Assembly: GCA_963743755.1 (NCBI GenBank)
Contig: CAVUQU010000002.1
Coordinates: 101,867-165,866 of the forward strand
Direction: 5' to 3'
Length of the DNA stretch: 64,000 nucleotides
Source: an uncultured bacterium
GTDB taxonomy: Bacteria > Acidobacteriota > Aminicenantia > Aminicenantales > Saccharicenantaceae
Position numbers and translations under genes: made by a program. The notes under the pieces were generated by a model, which saw only the letters and a program-made list of their open reading frames with translations, made no database searches and was not told where the DNA came from. Positions 53,729 to 64,000 of this stretch are shown piece by piece. Position 1 is the stretch's first letter. Every line of letters starts with the position of its first letter.

Positions 53729-55547
53729 ATGGTCACAACTCTGGCCGGACTCTTGGCCAACACCGTCGAGACTTATCCGAAACCCGATCTCATGCTCTTC
53801 AAGAAGGACGGGGCCTTTACGCCCATCTCCACCCGGGAGTTCGGGGAGAGCGTCAGGAACCTGGCGCTCGGGCTCAGGGCCCTGGGCTTCGAGGCGGGGC
53901 AGAAGCTCTGCCTCCTCTCGGAGAACAGGCCGGAGTGGAGCATGACCGACTTCGCGACGCTCACGGCCGGCGGACTGACCGTGCCGATCTACACGACCCT
54001 CGTCCCGGACCAGATCCGCTACATCATCGACGATTCGGACGCCGCGATCGTCGTCGTCTCCAACGCCGACCACTGGAAGAAGATCGAGATCCTGAGGCCC
54101 GGTTTGACCAAGGTCCGTCACTACATCACCTTCGCCGACGCGGCCCCGGCCGGCGCGCTGACGCTGAAGGAGGTCCTCGAAAAAGGGAAGGCCCTGGCCG
54201 CGGCCGAGCCCGGCCTCTACGGCGAGCTCGTAGCCCGGGTCAAGCCGGAGGACGAAGCGACCCTGATCTACACCTCGGGGACGACGGGCGTCCCCAAGGG
54301 CGTCATCCTGACGCACGACAACCTCGTCAGCAACATCCGGACGGCGGCTTCCCTCGTCGAGTTCACGGACAAGGACACCGCGCTGTCCTTCCTGCCGCTC
54401 TCCCACGTCCTCGAGCGGATGGTCATGTTCACCTACATCTACAAGGGCTGCACCGTCGCCTTCGCCGAGAGCGTCGAGGCGGTGGCCCAGAACCTGCTCG
54501 AGGTCCGGCCGCACATCATGGTCAGCGTCCCGCGGGTCTTCGAGAAGATCTACACCAAGGTCATGGACCAGGTCCTGACCAGCCCCGCGCTGCGGCGGAA
54601 GATCTTCTTCTGGGCCCTCAAGGTCGGCAAGGCGTACGGGGCCCTGAAGATCGACGGGAAGCCTGTCCCGGCCGGGCTGAGCCTGCGCCAGGCGATCGCC
54701 GCCAAGCTCGTCTTCTCGAAGATCACCGCCAAGACGGGCGGCCGGGTCCGCTTCTTCGTCTCGGGCGGGGCGCCGCTGTCGAAGGACATCGCCGAATTCT
54801 TCTACGCCATCGGCCTGGTCATCCTCGAAGGCTACGGCCTGACCGAAACCTCGCCGCTTCTCTCGATCAACACGTTCGAGGCCATCCGCATGGGCACGGT
54901 CGGCAAGCCCGGCACCGGCATCGACATCAAGATCGCGCCGGACGGCGAGATCCTGGCCCGCGGGCCCAACATCATGAAGGGCTACTACAAGAAGGAAGCG
55001 GAGACCCGCGAGGTCCTCGAAGGCGGCTGGTTCCACACCGGCGACATCGGCCAGTTCGACGCCGACGGTTTCCTGATCATCACCGACCGCAAGAAGGACC
55101 TCCTCGTCACCTCCGGCGGCAAGAACATCGCCCCCCAGCCCATCGAGAACATGGTCAAGTCGAGCCCCTACATCGTGAACGCCGTGGTCATCGGCGACCG
55201 CCGGCGCTTCGTCGCGGCCCTCGTCGTGCCCGAGCTTCGAGAAGCTCGAGGCCTACGCCAAGGCCCAGGGCATCGCCTTCGCGACCGTCGAGGATCTGTG
55301 CCGGGACCGCCGCATCGTCGACTTCCTCAAGTCGGAGGTCGACCGGGCGACGCCGCTCCTCGCCTCCTACGAGAGGATCAAGAAGATCGCCGTCCTGCCG
55401 CGCGATTTCGACATCGAGCGGGGCGAGATCACGCCGTCCCTCAAGGTCCGCCGGGCCAACGTCACGGCCGAGTACCAGAACGCGATCGACGCGCTGTACC
55501 GGGAGGACGCGGAGGAGGGGCGGGACGACGGGGCGATCGGCGGCTGA
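53729..55547 (+). CDS. long-chain-fatty-acid--CoA ligase (AMP-dependent synthetase, FadD/ACSL type), frameshift about 55240
   Basis: AMP-binding motif LIYTSGTTGVPKGVILTH; ...GYGLTETS...; GWFHTGDIG; ...LKVRR.. tail EKLEAYAKAQGIAFATVEDLCRDRRIVDFLKSEVDRAT... in the second frame. Confidence 0.85.
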
Positions 55548-55561
55548 CGCGGCCGCGGGGC

Positions 55562-56305
55562 CTATTCGGCGGCCGCGGGCCCGGGCTTGACCGGCTCGGG
55601 CTTGACCGTCAGGTAGAGGATGCGGCCGCAGTTCTCGCAGAGGACGACCTTGGCCTTGTCGCGGATCTCGTTGAGCATCTGCGGGCGGACGCGCATGTGG
55701 CACATGGCGCAGAATTCCCCGGTGACGGGGGAGAGGGCGGCGCCGCCCTTCTTCTGGGACAGGGACTCGTAGATCTTGAGCTGTTCGCGGGGGATGCAGG
55801 GGACGAGGGCCTCCCGCTCCTTGTTCAGGACCGCGAAGCGGGATCCGGTCTCCTTCAGCTTCTCGTCGAGGACGAGCTTTTCCTTCTCGAGGACGTCCTT
55901 CTCCTGGCTCTGCTTGTGGAGGGCGGCCTTGATCTCCTCCTCGACGTCGTCGGCGGCCAGCATCTCGGCGATGATGGACTCCTCGATGCCGTCGATCTTG
56001 CGCTGGGTCTCTTCGAGCTCGTGGAGGAGCGAGGTGTATTCCTTGTTGGTCTTGACCTCGTTCAGCTGGCGCTTGTATTTCCCGACCTGGACCTTCATGT
56101 CCTTGACCTCGTTCTCGAGGTCGCGGCGCTTCTTCTGGTTCTGGGCCATCTTGTCCTTGGCGTCGGCGACGAGCTTCGTCGTGGCCTGGATGCGCTTGTC
56201 GACGTCCTGGACGAGGCGGGGGATGCCTTCGATGACGAGGGCGGCGTTCCGGATGTCGGAATCCAGCTGCTGGAGCTGGATGATCAGTTCGAAATCGATT
56301 TCCAC
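55562..56305 (-). CDS. coiled-coil + C-terminal C4 zinc-ribbon protein (DUF164 / COG1579-like), intact
   Basis: Long heptad-rich region (...LENEVKDMKVQVGKYKRQLNEVKTNKEYTSLLHELEETQRKIDGIEE...) then CAMCHMRVRP...LCENCGRILY. Confidence 0.6.
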   Translation of the reverse strand: MEIDFELIIQLQQLDSDIRNAALVIEGIPRLVQDVDKRIQATTKLVADAKDKMAQNQKKRRDLENEVKDMKVQVGKYKRQLNEVKTNKEYTSLLHELEETQRKIDGIEESIIAEMLAADDVEEEIKAALHKQSQEKDVLEKEKLVLDEKLKETGSRFAVLNKEREALVPCIPREQLKIYESLSQKKGGAALSPVTGEFCAMCHMRVRPQMLNEIRDKAKVVLCENCGRILYLTVKPEPVKPGPAAAE

Positions 56306-56334
56306 TCTCCGCCTTTCTCCGGGCCCTCGGTCAC

Positions 56335-56406
56335 ATGGGCCTACCAGGATTCGAACCTGGGACCAACCGGTTATGAGCCGGTGGCTCTACCGCTGAGCTA
56401 TAGGCC
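56335..56406 (-). tRNA. tRNA-Met (anticodon CAT), elongator-like; tRNA-Ile2(LAU) cannot be excluded
   Basis: Minus-strand read GGGCCTATAGCTCAGCGGTAGAGCCACCGGCTCATAACCGGTTGGTCCCAGGTTCGAATCCTGGTAGGCCCA. It has a 7-bp acceptor stem GGGCCTA/TAGGCCC, D-arm GCTC/GAGC, anticodon stem ACCGG/CCGGT with loop CTCATAA, and T-arm CCAGG-TTCGAAT-CCTGG. CCA is not encoded. G1-C71 pairs, so it is not the bacterial initiator type. Confidence 0.85.
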
Positions 56407-56416
56407 CTCGGCCCCT

Positions 56417-56445
56417 CTTTATAACAAAATATTGACCAGCCGTCA
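56417..56445 (-). promoter_or_regulatory. candidate tRNA-Met promoter TTGACG-17-TATAAA
   Basis: Minus-strand read TTGACGgctggtcaatattttgtTATAAAgaggggccgaGGGCC(tRNA). Confidence 0.4.
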
Positions 56446-56459
56446 ATTACGAAATGGAT

Positions 56460-56514
56460 GCGAAATGGGGACGTTTCCGGTTTTCGCCGCGAAAACCGGA
56501 AACGTCCCCATTTC
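56460..56514. repeat. palindromic element copy 2: 24-bp perfect arms CGAAATGGGGACGTTTCCGGTTTT / AAAACCGGAAACGTCCCCATTTCG, loop CGCCGCG; ends at the rpoD stop codon
   Basis: Exact reverse-complement arms. The left edge shows a partial tandem duplication (GAAATGG atgc GAAATGGGG). Coordinates are +/-1. Confidence 0.8.
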
Positions 56515-56515
56515 G

Positions 56516-58136
<1,621 letters not shown>

Positions 58137-58197
58137 GGCGCGCACCTCTTTTCCCGTTCCCTGTTCTATGACGGCATCGCATGACGTTTTCTTCCCT

Positions 58198-59922
58198 TCA
58201 CTGGAGCGACAGGATCTGCTTGGTGACATCCTGCTTCTGGTAAAGGAGGGCCAGGAGCTCCTCCTTCTCGCCGGCCTTCTCCGACCGGGCGATATCCCGC
58301 TGGATGGATTTGAGGCGGTTCTGGAGGTGGACCCGCCGCAGGGACCTCAGGCATTCCTGGGCCTCCTCGACCGTGCCCGCCGAGGCCTTCTCGAACAGGG
58401 CCGTGGCCAGCTGGGACAACAGGGCGGGCGGGACCTTGCCCTGGAGGCTGGGGAAGCTCCAGTCCTCGTCGTTCTTGAAGCCGGCCATGATGTGCTGGAA
58501 GACCTGCTCGCCCCGCAGGCCCTGGAAGATCTCCCCGCCGCATTCGGCGAAGATCTCGTGGGCGATCGCGCGGTCGGTCATCAGGATCTGGAAGAGGCGC
58601 TTCTCCGCCGGGCAGAAGAGGCCCGGCTCGTCCGCGGCTTTGTCCGGGCCTTTGCGGCCGACGAGGCTCCGCAGGAGCTCCTCGCCGATGCCGAGCTTCG
58701 AGCTGGCCCGCCGGAGGTATTCGCTCCGGGCGACGGTATCGGGGACCTTCTCGATCTCCCGGACGACGGCGTGGGCGACCTTGCCCTTCTCCTCGGGGAC
58801 GCTCATCCGGGCGCCGGCCGTCATAGCGTCGATGAGGAAGTCCAGCCCGCTCACGGTTTTCTTCAGCAGGGACTGATATTTGTCCCGGCCGTGCTTCTTG
58901 ATGTAGGCGTCGGGGTCGAGGCCGTCGGGAAGGACCAGGACCTCGACGTTGAGGCCCTTCTCGAAGCCGATGGGCACCGCCCGGGCCATGGCCGTGCGTC
59001 CGGCTGTGTCGCCGTCGTAATTGATGATGAGGCGCTGGGCGAAGCGCATGACCTGGCCGACCTGCCAGGCCGTCAGGGCCGTGCCCAGCGAGGCGACGAC
59101 ATTGGTGAAACCCGCCTGGTAGAGCGACGAGAAATCCGTGTATCCCTCGACCAGGATGGCCGTGCCCTCCCGGCGGACGGCGTCTTTGGTGAAGTTCAGG
59201 CCATAGAGGAGCTTCCCCTTGGAGTAGAGGGGCGTCTCCGGCGAATTGAGGTATTTCGGCTCGGCGTCGACGATCGTCCGCCCTCCGAAGCCCACGACCC
59301 GGCCGGTCAGGCTGAAGATGGGGAAGATGACCCGGCCCCGGAAACGGTCGCGGTACTCGCCGGGCCGCGACCCGGGCAGGACGAGTCCGCCCTTCTCGAG
59401 CAGCGACACCGGGACGTCCTTCGACCGGAAGGCATCGAGGAGGGCGGTCCACGCGTTCAGCGCGTAGCCGATCTTGAGCGTCTGGATGGTCTCTTCCGAG
59501 AGGCCCCGATTTTTCAGATACTCGAGGGCCTTTTTGCCCTCCTGCGTGTTGTAGAGGTTCTTCTTGAAATAGCCGACCGCGAGCTCGTTCGTCTTGAACA
59601 GCTTCTCCTCGAGCTTGAGGACTTCGGGCCGGACCCGTTGCTGGGCCGGCAGGGGGATGCGGTATTTCTCGGCCAGGCTCTTGAGCGATTCGGGGAAGGT
59701 CAGGTTCTCCCGCTCCATGAGCAGGGAGAAGACGTCGCCGCCGACGCCGCAGCCGAAACAGTGGTAGAGCTGCTTCTCCTCGTCGACGGTGAACGAGGGC
59801 GTCTTTTCGGTGTGGAACGGGCAGAGACCGACCCACTTGCGGCCGCGCCGCTTCAGGGTCGTGTACTGGGAGGCGATCTCGACTATCGACGAGGCTTGCC
59901 TGACCTGGTCAATGATCTCCAT
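58198..59922 (-). CDS. dnaG: DNA primase DnaG, intact 574 aa
   Basis: Zn-binding CPFHTEKTPSFTV..YHCFGCG; TOPRIM ...ILVEGYTDFSSLYQAGFTNVVASLGTALT...INYDGDTAG. Confidence 0.9.
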   Translation of the reverse strand: MEIIDQVRQASSIVEIASQYTTLKRRGRKWVGLCPFHTEKTPSFTVDEEKQLYHCFGCGVGGDVFSLLMERENLTFPESLKSLAEKYRIPLPAQQRVRPEVLKLEEKLFKTNELAVGYFKKNLYNTQEGKKALEYLKNRGLSEETIQTLKIGYALNAWTALLDAFRSKDVPVSLLEKGGLVLPGSRPGEYRDRFRGRVIFPIFSLTGRVVGFGGRTIVDAEPKYLNSPETPLYSKGKLLYGLNFTKDAVRREGTAILVEGYTDFSSLYQAGFTNVVASLGTALTAWQVGQVMRFAQRLIINYDGDTAGRTAMARAVPIGFEKGLNVEVLVLPDGLDPDAYIKKHGRDKYQSLLKKTVSGLDFLIDAMTAGARMSVPEEKGKVAHAVVREIEKVPDTVARSEYLRRASSKLGIGEELLRSLVGRKGPDKAADEPGLFCPAEKRLFQILMTDRAIAHEIFAECGGEIFQGLRGEQVFQHIMAGFKNDEDWSFPSLQGKVPPALLSQLATALFEKASAGTVEEAQECLRSLRRVHLQNRLKSIQRDIARSEKAGEKEELLALLYQKQDVTKQILSLQ

Positions 59923-59952
59923 GAATGCTTTTGGACCCGCGCGTTCTCATAG

Positions 59953-59981
59953 AATATAGGGACGGGACAGCACCTTGTCAA
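59953..59981 (-). promoter_or_regulatory. dnaG sigma70 promoter TTGACA-17-TATATT
   Basis: Minus-strand read TTGACAaggtgctgtcccgtcccTATATTctatgag...; same hexamers and spacer length as the mraZ promoter. Confidence 0.45.
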
Positions 59982-60030
59982 GGTGTTCTATCTATTATTC
60001 TTTCGGACGTTTTCCGCCCGTTCCTATGCG

Positions 60031-60774
60031 CTAGAGATGGTTGATCTGGCTGGCCAGGAAGGCCGCCCCGAAGCCGTTGTCGATGTTGACCACGGCCACT
60101 CCGCCCGGGCAGGAGTTGAGCATGGCCAGCAGGGCGGCAAGCCCCTTGAACGAGGCCCCGTAGCCGACGCTCGTCGGCACGGCCACGACGGGGACCCGGA
60201 CGAGGCCGGCGACGACGCTCGGCAGGGCGCCCTCCATGCCGGCGACCGCGATGATCACGCGGGCCTGCCGGAGGCGGTCGTACTGCCCGAGGAGGCGGTG
60301 GAGTCCGGCGACACCGACGTCGTAGATGCGCTCGGTCGCGTTGCCCAGGACCTCCGAGGTCACGGCCGCTTCCTCGGCCACCGGGATGTCCGAGGTCCCG
60401 GCGGTCAGCACGACGACCGTGCCCCGGCCGGCCGGGGGAGGGGACTGGATCCGGCTGACCGTCCGGGCCGCCTCGTTATAGACCGCGCCGGGGAGCTTGG
60501 TCCGGATCTTGGCCCAGGCGGCGGGTTCCACCCGGGTGACGAGCAGGTTCGAGCCCTTGCCGAGGATCTCCCGGGAGATGCGGACGATCTGGTCCGGCGT
60601 CTTGCCCAGCCCGAAGACGACCTCAGGCGAACCCTTGGCGACCTCGCGGTGGTGGTCGACTTTGGCGAAATCGAGTTCGCAGTAAGGAAATCCCTCGAGG
60701 AGCTCGAGAGCCTTGGCGGGCGCGAGCTTGCCGGAGTGGACTTTCTCCAGGATCTCTTCCAGGCGCTTTTTCAC
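60031..60774 (-). CDS. PurE-like (NCAIR-mutase fold) protein with N-terminal extension, COG1691/LarB-like, intact
   Basis: C-terminal half ...VVVLTAGTSDIPVAEEAAVTSEVLG...RVIIAVAGMEGALPSVVAGLVRVPVVAVPTSVGYGASFKGLAALLAMLNSCPGGVAVVNIDNGFGAA matches the PurE fold; the about 100-aa N-terminal domain is as in LarB-family proteins. Call is memory-based. Confidence 0.55.
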   Translation of the reverse strand: MKKRLEEILEKVHSGKLAPAKALELLEGFPYCELDFAKVDHHREVAKGSPEVVFGLGKTPDQIVRISREILGKGSNLLVTRVEPAAWAKIRTKLPGAVYNEAARTVSRIQSPPPAGRGTVVVLTAGTSDIPVAEEAAVTSEVLGNATERIYDVGVAGLHRLLGQYDRLRQARVIIAVAGMEGALPSVVAGLVRVPVVAVPTSVGYGASFKGLAALLAMLNSCPGGVAVVNIDNGFGAAFLASQINHL

Positions 60775-60819
60775 CCGTCCATTTTACCACATCCGCCAAG
60801 CGACCGGACAATGGGGACG

Positions 60820-60870
60820 TTTCCGGTTTTTCGCCGCGGAAAACCGGAAACGTCCCCATTTTCCGATGTT
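60820..60870. repeat. palindromic element copy 3: 21-bp perfect arms CAATGGGGACGTTTCCGGTTTT-like / AAAACCGGAAACGTCCCCATT, loop TCGCCGCGG
   Basis: ATGGGGACGTTTCCGGTTTT at about 60821-60840 is the exact reverse complement of about 60850-60869; the A/T pair extends the arms to 21 bp. Coordinates are +/-1. Confidence 0.8.
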
Positions 60871-60878
60871 GTCAAAGG

Positions 60879-60907
60879 CGGGCAAGTCGTGTAAAATAAG
60901 CGCAATT
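60879..60907 (+). promoter_or_regulatory. candidate sigma70 promoter TTGTCA-17-TAAAAT for the TPR-glmU-ACT-OCD operon
   Basis: TTGTCAaaggcgggcaagtcgtgTAAAATaagcg begins 8 nt after the right arm of palindrome copy 3; a GTG start lies about 35 nt downstream with RBS GAGAGGAACAACC. Confidence 0.4.
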
Positions 60908-60940
60908 CAACTCCAATCGAGAGGAACAACCGTGCGCGAA

Positions 60941-61438
60941 CAACGATCGAAGAAGGACGAGTATCAGAAAGCCCTGGCGGCCTACGGCCTGGCCGTCAAG
61001 GAATTCCAAAAAGGCGAGTTCGAGAAGGCCGCCGAGTCGTTCGGCGCTTTCATCGAGAAATTCCCGGCCGAGAAGGAGATCGTCGACCGGGCCCGGACGT
61101 ACATCGCCATCGCCCGGAAGAGGCCGAAAAAAGAGATTGCGCCGCCCAAGAGCTTCGCGGAACACTACCGCGCCGGCGTGGTCAAGATCAACCAGAAGGA
61201 TTACGAAGGGGCGGTCAAGATCCTGGAGAAAGCGCTGGAGTTCAAGGAGAACGAAGGCCTCGTCTATTACCTGCTGGCCGACGCCCATAGCCTGATGGGC
61301 CAGGGCGACGCCTCGCTCGATCTGCTGAAGAAGGCCGTTCAGAAGGACAGGAACTTCTCCATCCTCGCCCAGAACGAGCCCGATTTCGAGGCGCTCTGGG
61401 ACGACAAGAAATTCAAGCTCATCACCAAGCTGGCATGA
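60941..61438 (+). CDS. TPR-repeat protein
   Basis: GTG start ([37 protein letters not shown]...); at least 3 TPR-like helix pairs (...[49 protein letters not shown]...). Its stop overlaps the glmU ATG. Confidence 0.55.
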   Translation, partial: QRSKKDEYQKALAAYGLAVKEFQKGEFEKAAESFGAFIEKFPAEKEIVDRARTYIAIARKRPKKEIAPPKSFAEHYRAGVVKINQKDYEGAVKILEKALEFKENEGLVYYLLADAHSLMGQGDASLDLLKKAVQKDRNFSILAQNEPDFEALWDDKKFKLITKLA

Positions 61439-62748
61439 AAAGAAAAACCGTCGTTCTCTTCCTGGGGGGAAAAGAGGACGCGGTCTTCCGGCCGGTCCTC
61501 GGACGGCCGCTCGGCGCCTACGCGTTCGAGGCCGTTTGCGGGCTCGGCCCCGATGCCGTCCTGGTCCTGGCCGAAAGCGGCGTGCGAGACGGCTGGGAGG
61601 CCCTGATCGAAAGCGCCGGCCCGAAAACGCCCGTCTTCCTGCTCGCCGCGAAGAAGGCCAAGGGTGGCCGTCGCGGGGATTCCCTCGCGGCCCTGCTCGC
61701 GGCCCGGACCGTCCTCGAACGATACCCCGATTGCGACGTTCTGATCGTGCCGGCCGATGTGCCTCTCATCCGCGAAAAGACCTTGAGAGCGCTGCTGCGT
61801 CCCCACGTCGTCAAGCGCCAGTCCCTGACCTTCCTCGGCGTGGGAGGGCAGAGCGGGATCTCGGACATCCTGGCCGTGCGGTCGTCGGACGCCTTCCCGT
61901 TCCTCCGCGGGATTTCCCCGTCCGGCGGCATGGCCGGATTCGAGGTCCTGGCCCGGCGGCTGGTCGAAGCGGGGAAGCGGATCGGCTTCCACGAATGCTC
62001 GGACGCCGAGGAAGCGGTTCCGGCCGCGGACGCGACCGCCGTCGGTAAGGCCGCGGCCCGGCTCCGGGAGCGCAAGAACGACGCACTCGCCCGCGCGGGC
62101 GTCGTTTTCCTCGATCCGGCCTCGGCCTGGATCGACTGGGCCGCCGAGATCGGCCCCCGGACGGTCGTCTATCCCACGGTCGTCATCGAAGGCGCGACGC
62201 GCGTGGGCGCCGACGGCCGCATCTATCCGCACGTCCACATCATGTCTTCGACGATCGGCGCGCGGGTGAAGGTCCTGACCTCGACGGTCATGGAGGACAC
62301 GGTCCTCGAGGACGACGTCCAGGTCGGGCCGTTCTCCCGGTTCCGGCCCAAGACGCGGGTCTGCGCCGGGGCCAAGGTCGGCAATTTCGTCGAGATGAAA
62401 AACACCGTCTTCGGCCGCGGCTCCAAGGCCCAGCACCTGAGCTACGTCGGCGACAGCACCGTCGAGGAGGGCGTCAACATCGGCGCCGGGACCATCACGT
62501 GCAATTACGACGGCGTCTCGAAGAACCCCACCCACATCGGCGCCGGGGCCTTCATCGGCTCGGGCACGGAGCTCGTCGCCCCGGTCAAGGTCGGGCGGGG
62601 CGCCTACATCGCCGCGGGCTCGACCATCACCAAGGACGTCGCCGCCGGCGCCCTGGCCGTCGCCCGGGCCCATCAGGTCGAGAAGCCGGGCTGGGCCCTG
62701 GAGCGAGCCCGGAAGATGAACAAGGCAGGGGGGGGACACAAGCCATGA
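61435..62748 (+). CDS. glmU: bifunctional GlmU-like protein (sugar-1-P nucleotidyltransferase + left-handed beta-helix acetyltransferase); the N-terminal signature is atypical
   Basis: C-terminal LbH region ...[87 protein letters not shown]...[11 protein letters not shown] aligns closely with E. coli GlmU (recalled). N-terminal ...[23 protein letters not shown] matches GDVPLIS. The L-x-G-K-G-T-R-M pyrophosphorylase motif reads [17 protein letters not shown]. Confidence 0.75.
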   Translation: MKRKTVVLFLGGKEDAVFRPVLGRPLGAYAFEAVCGLGPDAVLVLAESGVRDGWEALIESAGPKTPVFLLAAKKAKGGRRGDSLAALLAARTVLERYPDCDVLIVPADVPLIREKTLRALLRPHVVKRQSLTFLGVGGQSGISDILAVRSSDAFPFLRGISPSGGMAGFEVLARRLVEAGKRIGFHECSDAEEAVPAADATAVGKAAARLRERKNDALARAGVVFLDPASAWIDWAAEIGPRTVVYPTVVIEGATRVGADGRIYPHVHIMSSTIGARVKVLTSTVMEDTVLEDDVQVGPFSRFRPKTRVCAGAKVGNFVEMKNTVFGRGSKAQHLSYVGDSTVEEGVNIGAGTITCNYDGVSKNPTHIGAGAFIGSGTELVAPVKVGRGAYIAAGSTITKDVAAGALAVARAHQVEKPGWALERARKMNKAGGGHKP

Positions 62749-63140
62749 AACGCAGCGAGATCCGACAGTACTTCAAGAACGGCCGGGCCGTCGTCTCGCC
62801 GGGGACCTACGCCATCGTCAAGTCGCGCCGGGCCCTGGTGAACGCCTTCGCCGTGATCAAGGACGACCGGGAGACGACCTGCATCATCGACGAGGCCAAG
62901 CTCGGCTCCCAGAAATTCCTAGGCTTCGAGGGCGACTGGCGGCTGATCACCTTCGACATGGTCCTACCGCTCAGCCTGGTCGGTTTCTTCGCCGCGGTCT
63001 CCGGGGCCCTGGCCGACGCCGGGGTCAACATCTTCGCCGTCTCGGCCTATACGACGGACCACGTCTTCGTCAAGAGCCTGAAACTCGACGTCGCCGTCAA
63101 GGCCCTGGAGAAGATGGGCATGACCGTCCGGCAGCCCTGA
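62745..63140 (+). CDS. ACT-domain-like small protein (DUF/ACT_7-like), intact
   Basis: 131 aa. ...[25 protein letters not shown]... then ...[58 protein letters not shown] is a typical ACT beta-alpha-beta-beta-alpha-beta unit. ATGA overlap with glmU. Confidence 0.5.
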   Translation: MKRSEIRQYFKNGRAVVSPGTYAIVKSRRALVNAFAVIKDDRETTCIIDEAKLGSQKFLGFEGDWRLITFDMVLPLSLVGFFAAVSGALADAGVNIFAVSAYTTDHVFVKSLKLDVAVKALEKMGMTVRQP

Positions 63141-63144
63141 GCCA

Positions 63145-64000
63145 TGCCGGCCGTCGTCCCCCTCGCCGAGATCAAGCGGGCCCTGGCCGCGATCGACCCG
63201 TTGCCGCTCATCGAGGCGGGTTTCGTCGCCTATTCGCGGGGCGAGGTCGTCGTGCCGCCGGTCGGCGAGCTCGTCTTCGACGACCCGCCCGGCGACGTCC
63301 ACATCAAGTACGGCTACATCCGCAAGGACGACGTCTACGTCATCAAGATCGCCTCGGGGTTCGTCGACAATCCGAAGCGGGGCCTGCCGTCGGGCGACGG
63401 CCTGATGCTCGTCTTCAGCCAGAAGACGGGCGCCCTCGAGGCCATCCTCCTCGACGAGGGCTACCTGACTAACCTGCGGACGGCCGCGGCCGGGGCCGTC
63501 GTTGCGAAGTACCTGGCGCCGGAGAAGGTGACGGCGGTCGGGATCCTGGGCGCCGGCGTCCAGGGCCGGATGCAGCTCGAGTGGCTCCGGCGCGTGCGGC
63601 GGTTCGACCGGGCGGTCGTCTGGGGCGTCGACGAAAGCGAGCTCGAAGCCTACAGGCGGGACATGGCATCGCCCGGCCTCGAGATCCGGACAACGCTGCG
63701 GGCCGAAGAGGTCGCCGCGGCGGCGAACCTCATCGTCACCTGCACGCCCTCGACGACGCCGCTCCTGCAGGCCGGTTGGATCCGGCCGGGGACGCACATC
63801 ACCGCGATGGGCTCCGATACCGCCTCGAAACAGGAGCTCGATCCGGCCATCCTGGCCCGGGCGGACCGGGTCGTCGTCGACAGCCTGAGCCAGTCTGAGC
63901 TCCGGGGCGAGGCCTACCGGGCCGTGAGCGCCGGCGCGATCGGAAGGGAGCGGCTGGTCGAGCTGGGCCGCGTCATCGAGGATCCCGGGTCGAGGCGCGC
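63145..64000 (+). CDS. ornithine cyclodeaminase / mu-crystallin family protein (3' end beyond window)
   Basis: ...LTNLRTAAAGAVVAKYLAPEKVTAVGILGAGVQGRMQLEWL (Rossmann GxGxQ) ...LIVTCTPSTTPLLQAGWIRPGTHITAMGSDTASKQELDP.... Confidence 0.7.

Overview
This is a high-GC (~68-70% by eye) bacterial chromosomal segment. I found no rRNA, CRISPR array, transposase, integrase or phage genes. Genes are tightly packed and often share ATGA/GTGA start-stop overlaps.

The backbone is a complete division/cell-wall (dcw) cluster on the minus strand, running 20121 down to 4391: mraZ-rsmH-ftsL-ftsI-murE-murF-mraY-murD-ftsW-murG-murC-ftsQ-ftsA-ftsZ. It has no ddl or murB. A hutI-like amidohydrolase overlaps the ftsZ stop.

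Other core genes are gyrB-gyrA, rpoD-dnaG, pssA-psd, a TPR-glmU-ACT-OCD operon and one tRNA-Met(CAT). Accessory content includes two paralogous M28 peptidases, an M23 peptidase, a GH127 beta-L-arabinofuranosidase next to a TAT-exported Gfo/Idh/MocA oxidoreductase and an HGSNAT-like acyltransferase, an ArnT/PMT-like GT39 plus DPM-synthase-like GT2 pair, a MacB-type ABC exporter operon with FMN-binding, beta-barrel and Cu-chaperone-like proteins, and an aromatic-rich FecR-domain protein. The phylum cannot be assigned from sequence alone; it is a diderm, possibly Acidobacteriota-like.

Caveat on gene integrity: about 24 conserved genes contain short out-of-frame stretches bracketed by compensating indels, and GH127 has one in-frame TAG. 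The affected genes include ftsZ, ftsA, murC/G/D/F, ftsW, mraY, rsmH, gyrA, gyrB and rpoD. Neighbouring genes (murE, ftsI, dnaG, M23, both M28) are clean. Because essential genes are hit and the indels are not in homopolymers, I read these as sequence errors or introduced indels, not pseudogenes.

The most interesting unexplained signals are:
- A three-copy family of perfect 21-24 bp-arm palindromes (core AATGGGGACGTTTCYGG, loop TCGCCG). One copy has compensatory arm substitutions. All three sit just upstream of consensus-like sigma70 promoters, centred about -69, -69 and -77 from the predicted transcription start sites (TSSs). One copy abuts the rpoD stop codon.
- An AT-rich perfect inverted repeat with 28-bp arms in the divergent gyrB / DRG-GTPase promoter region.
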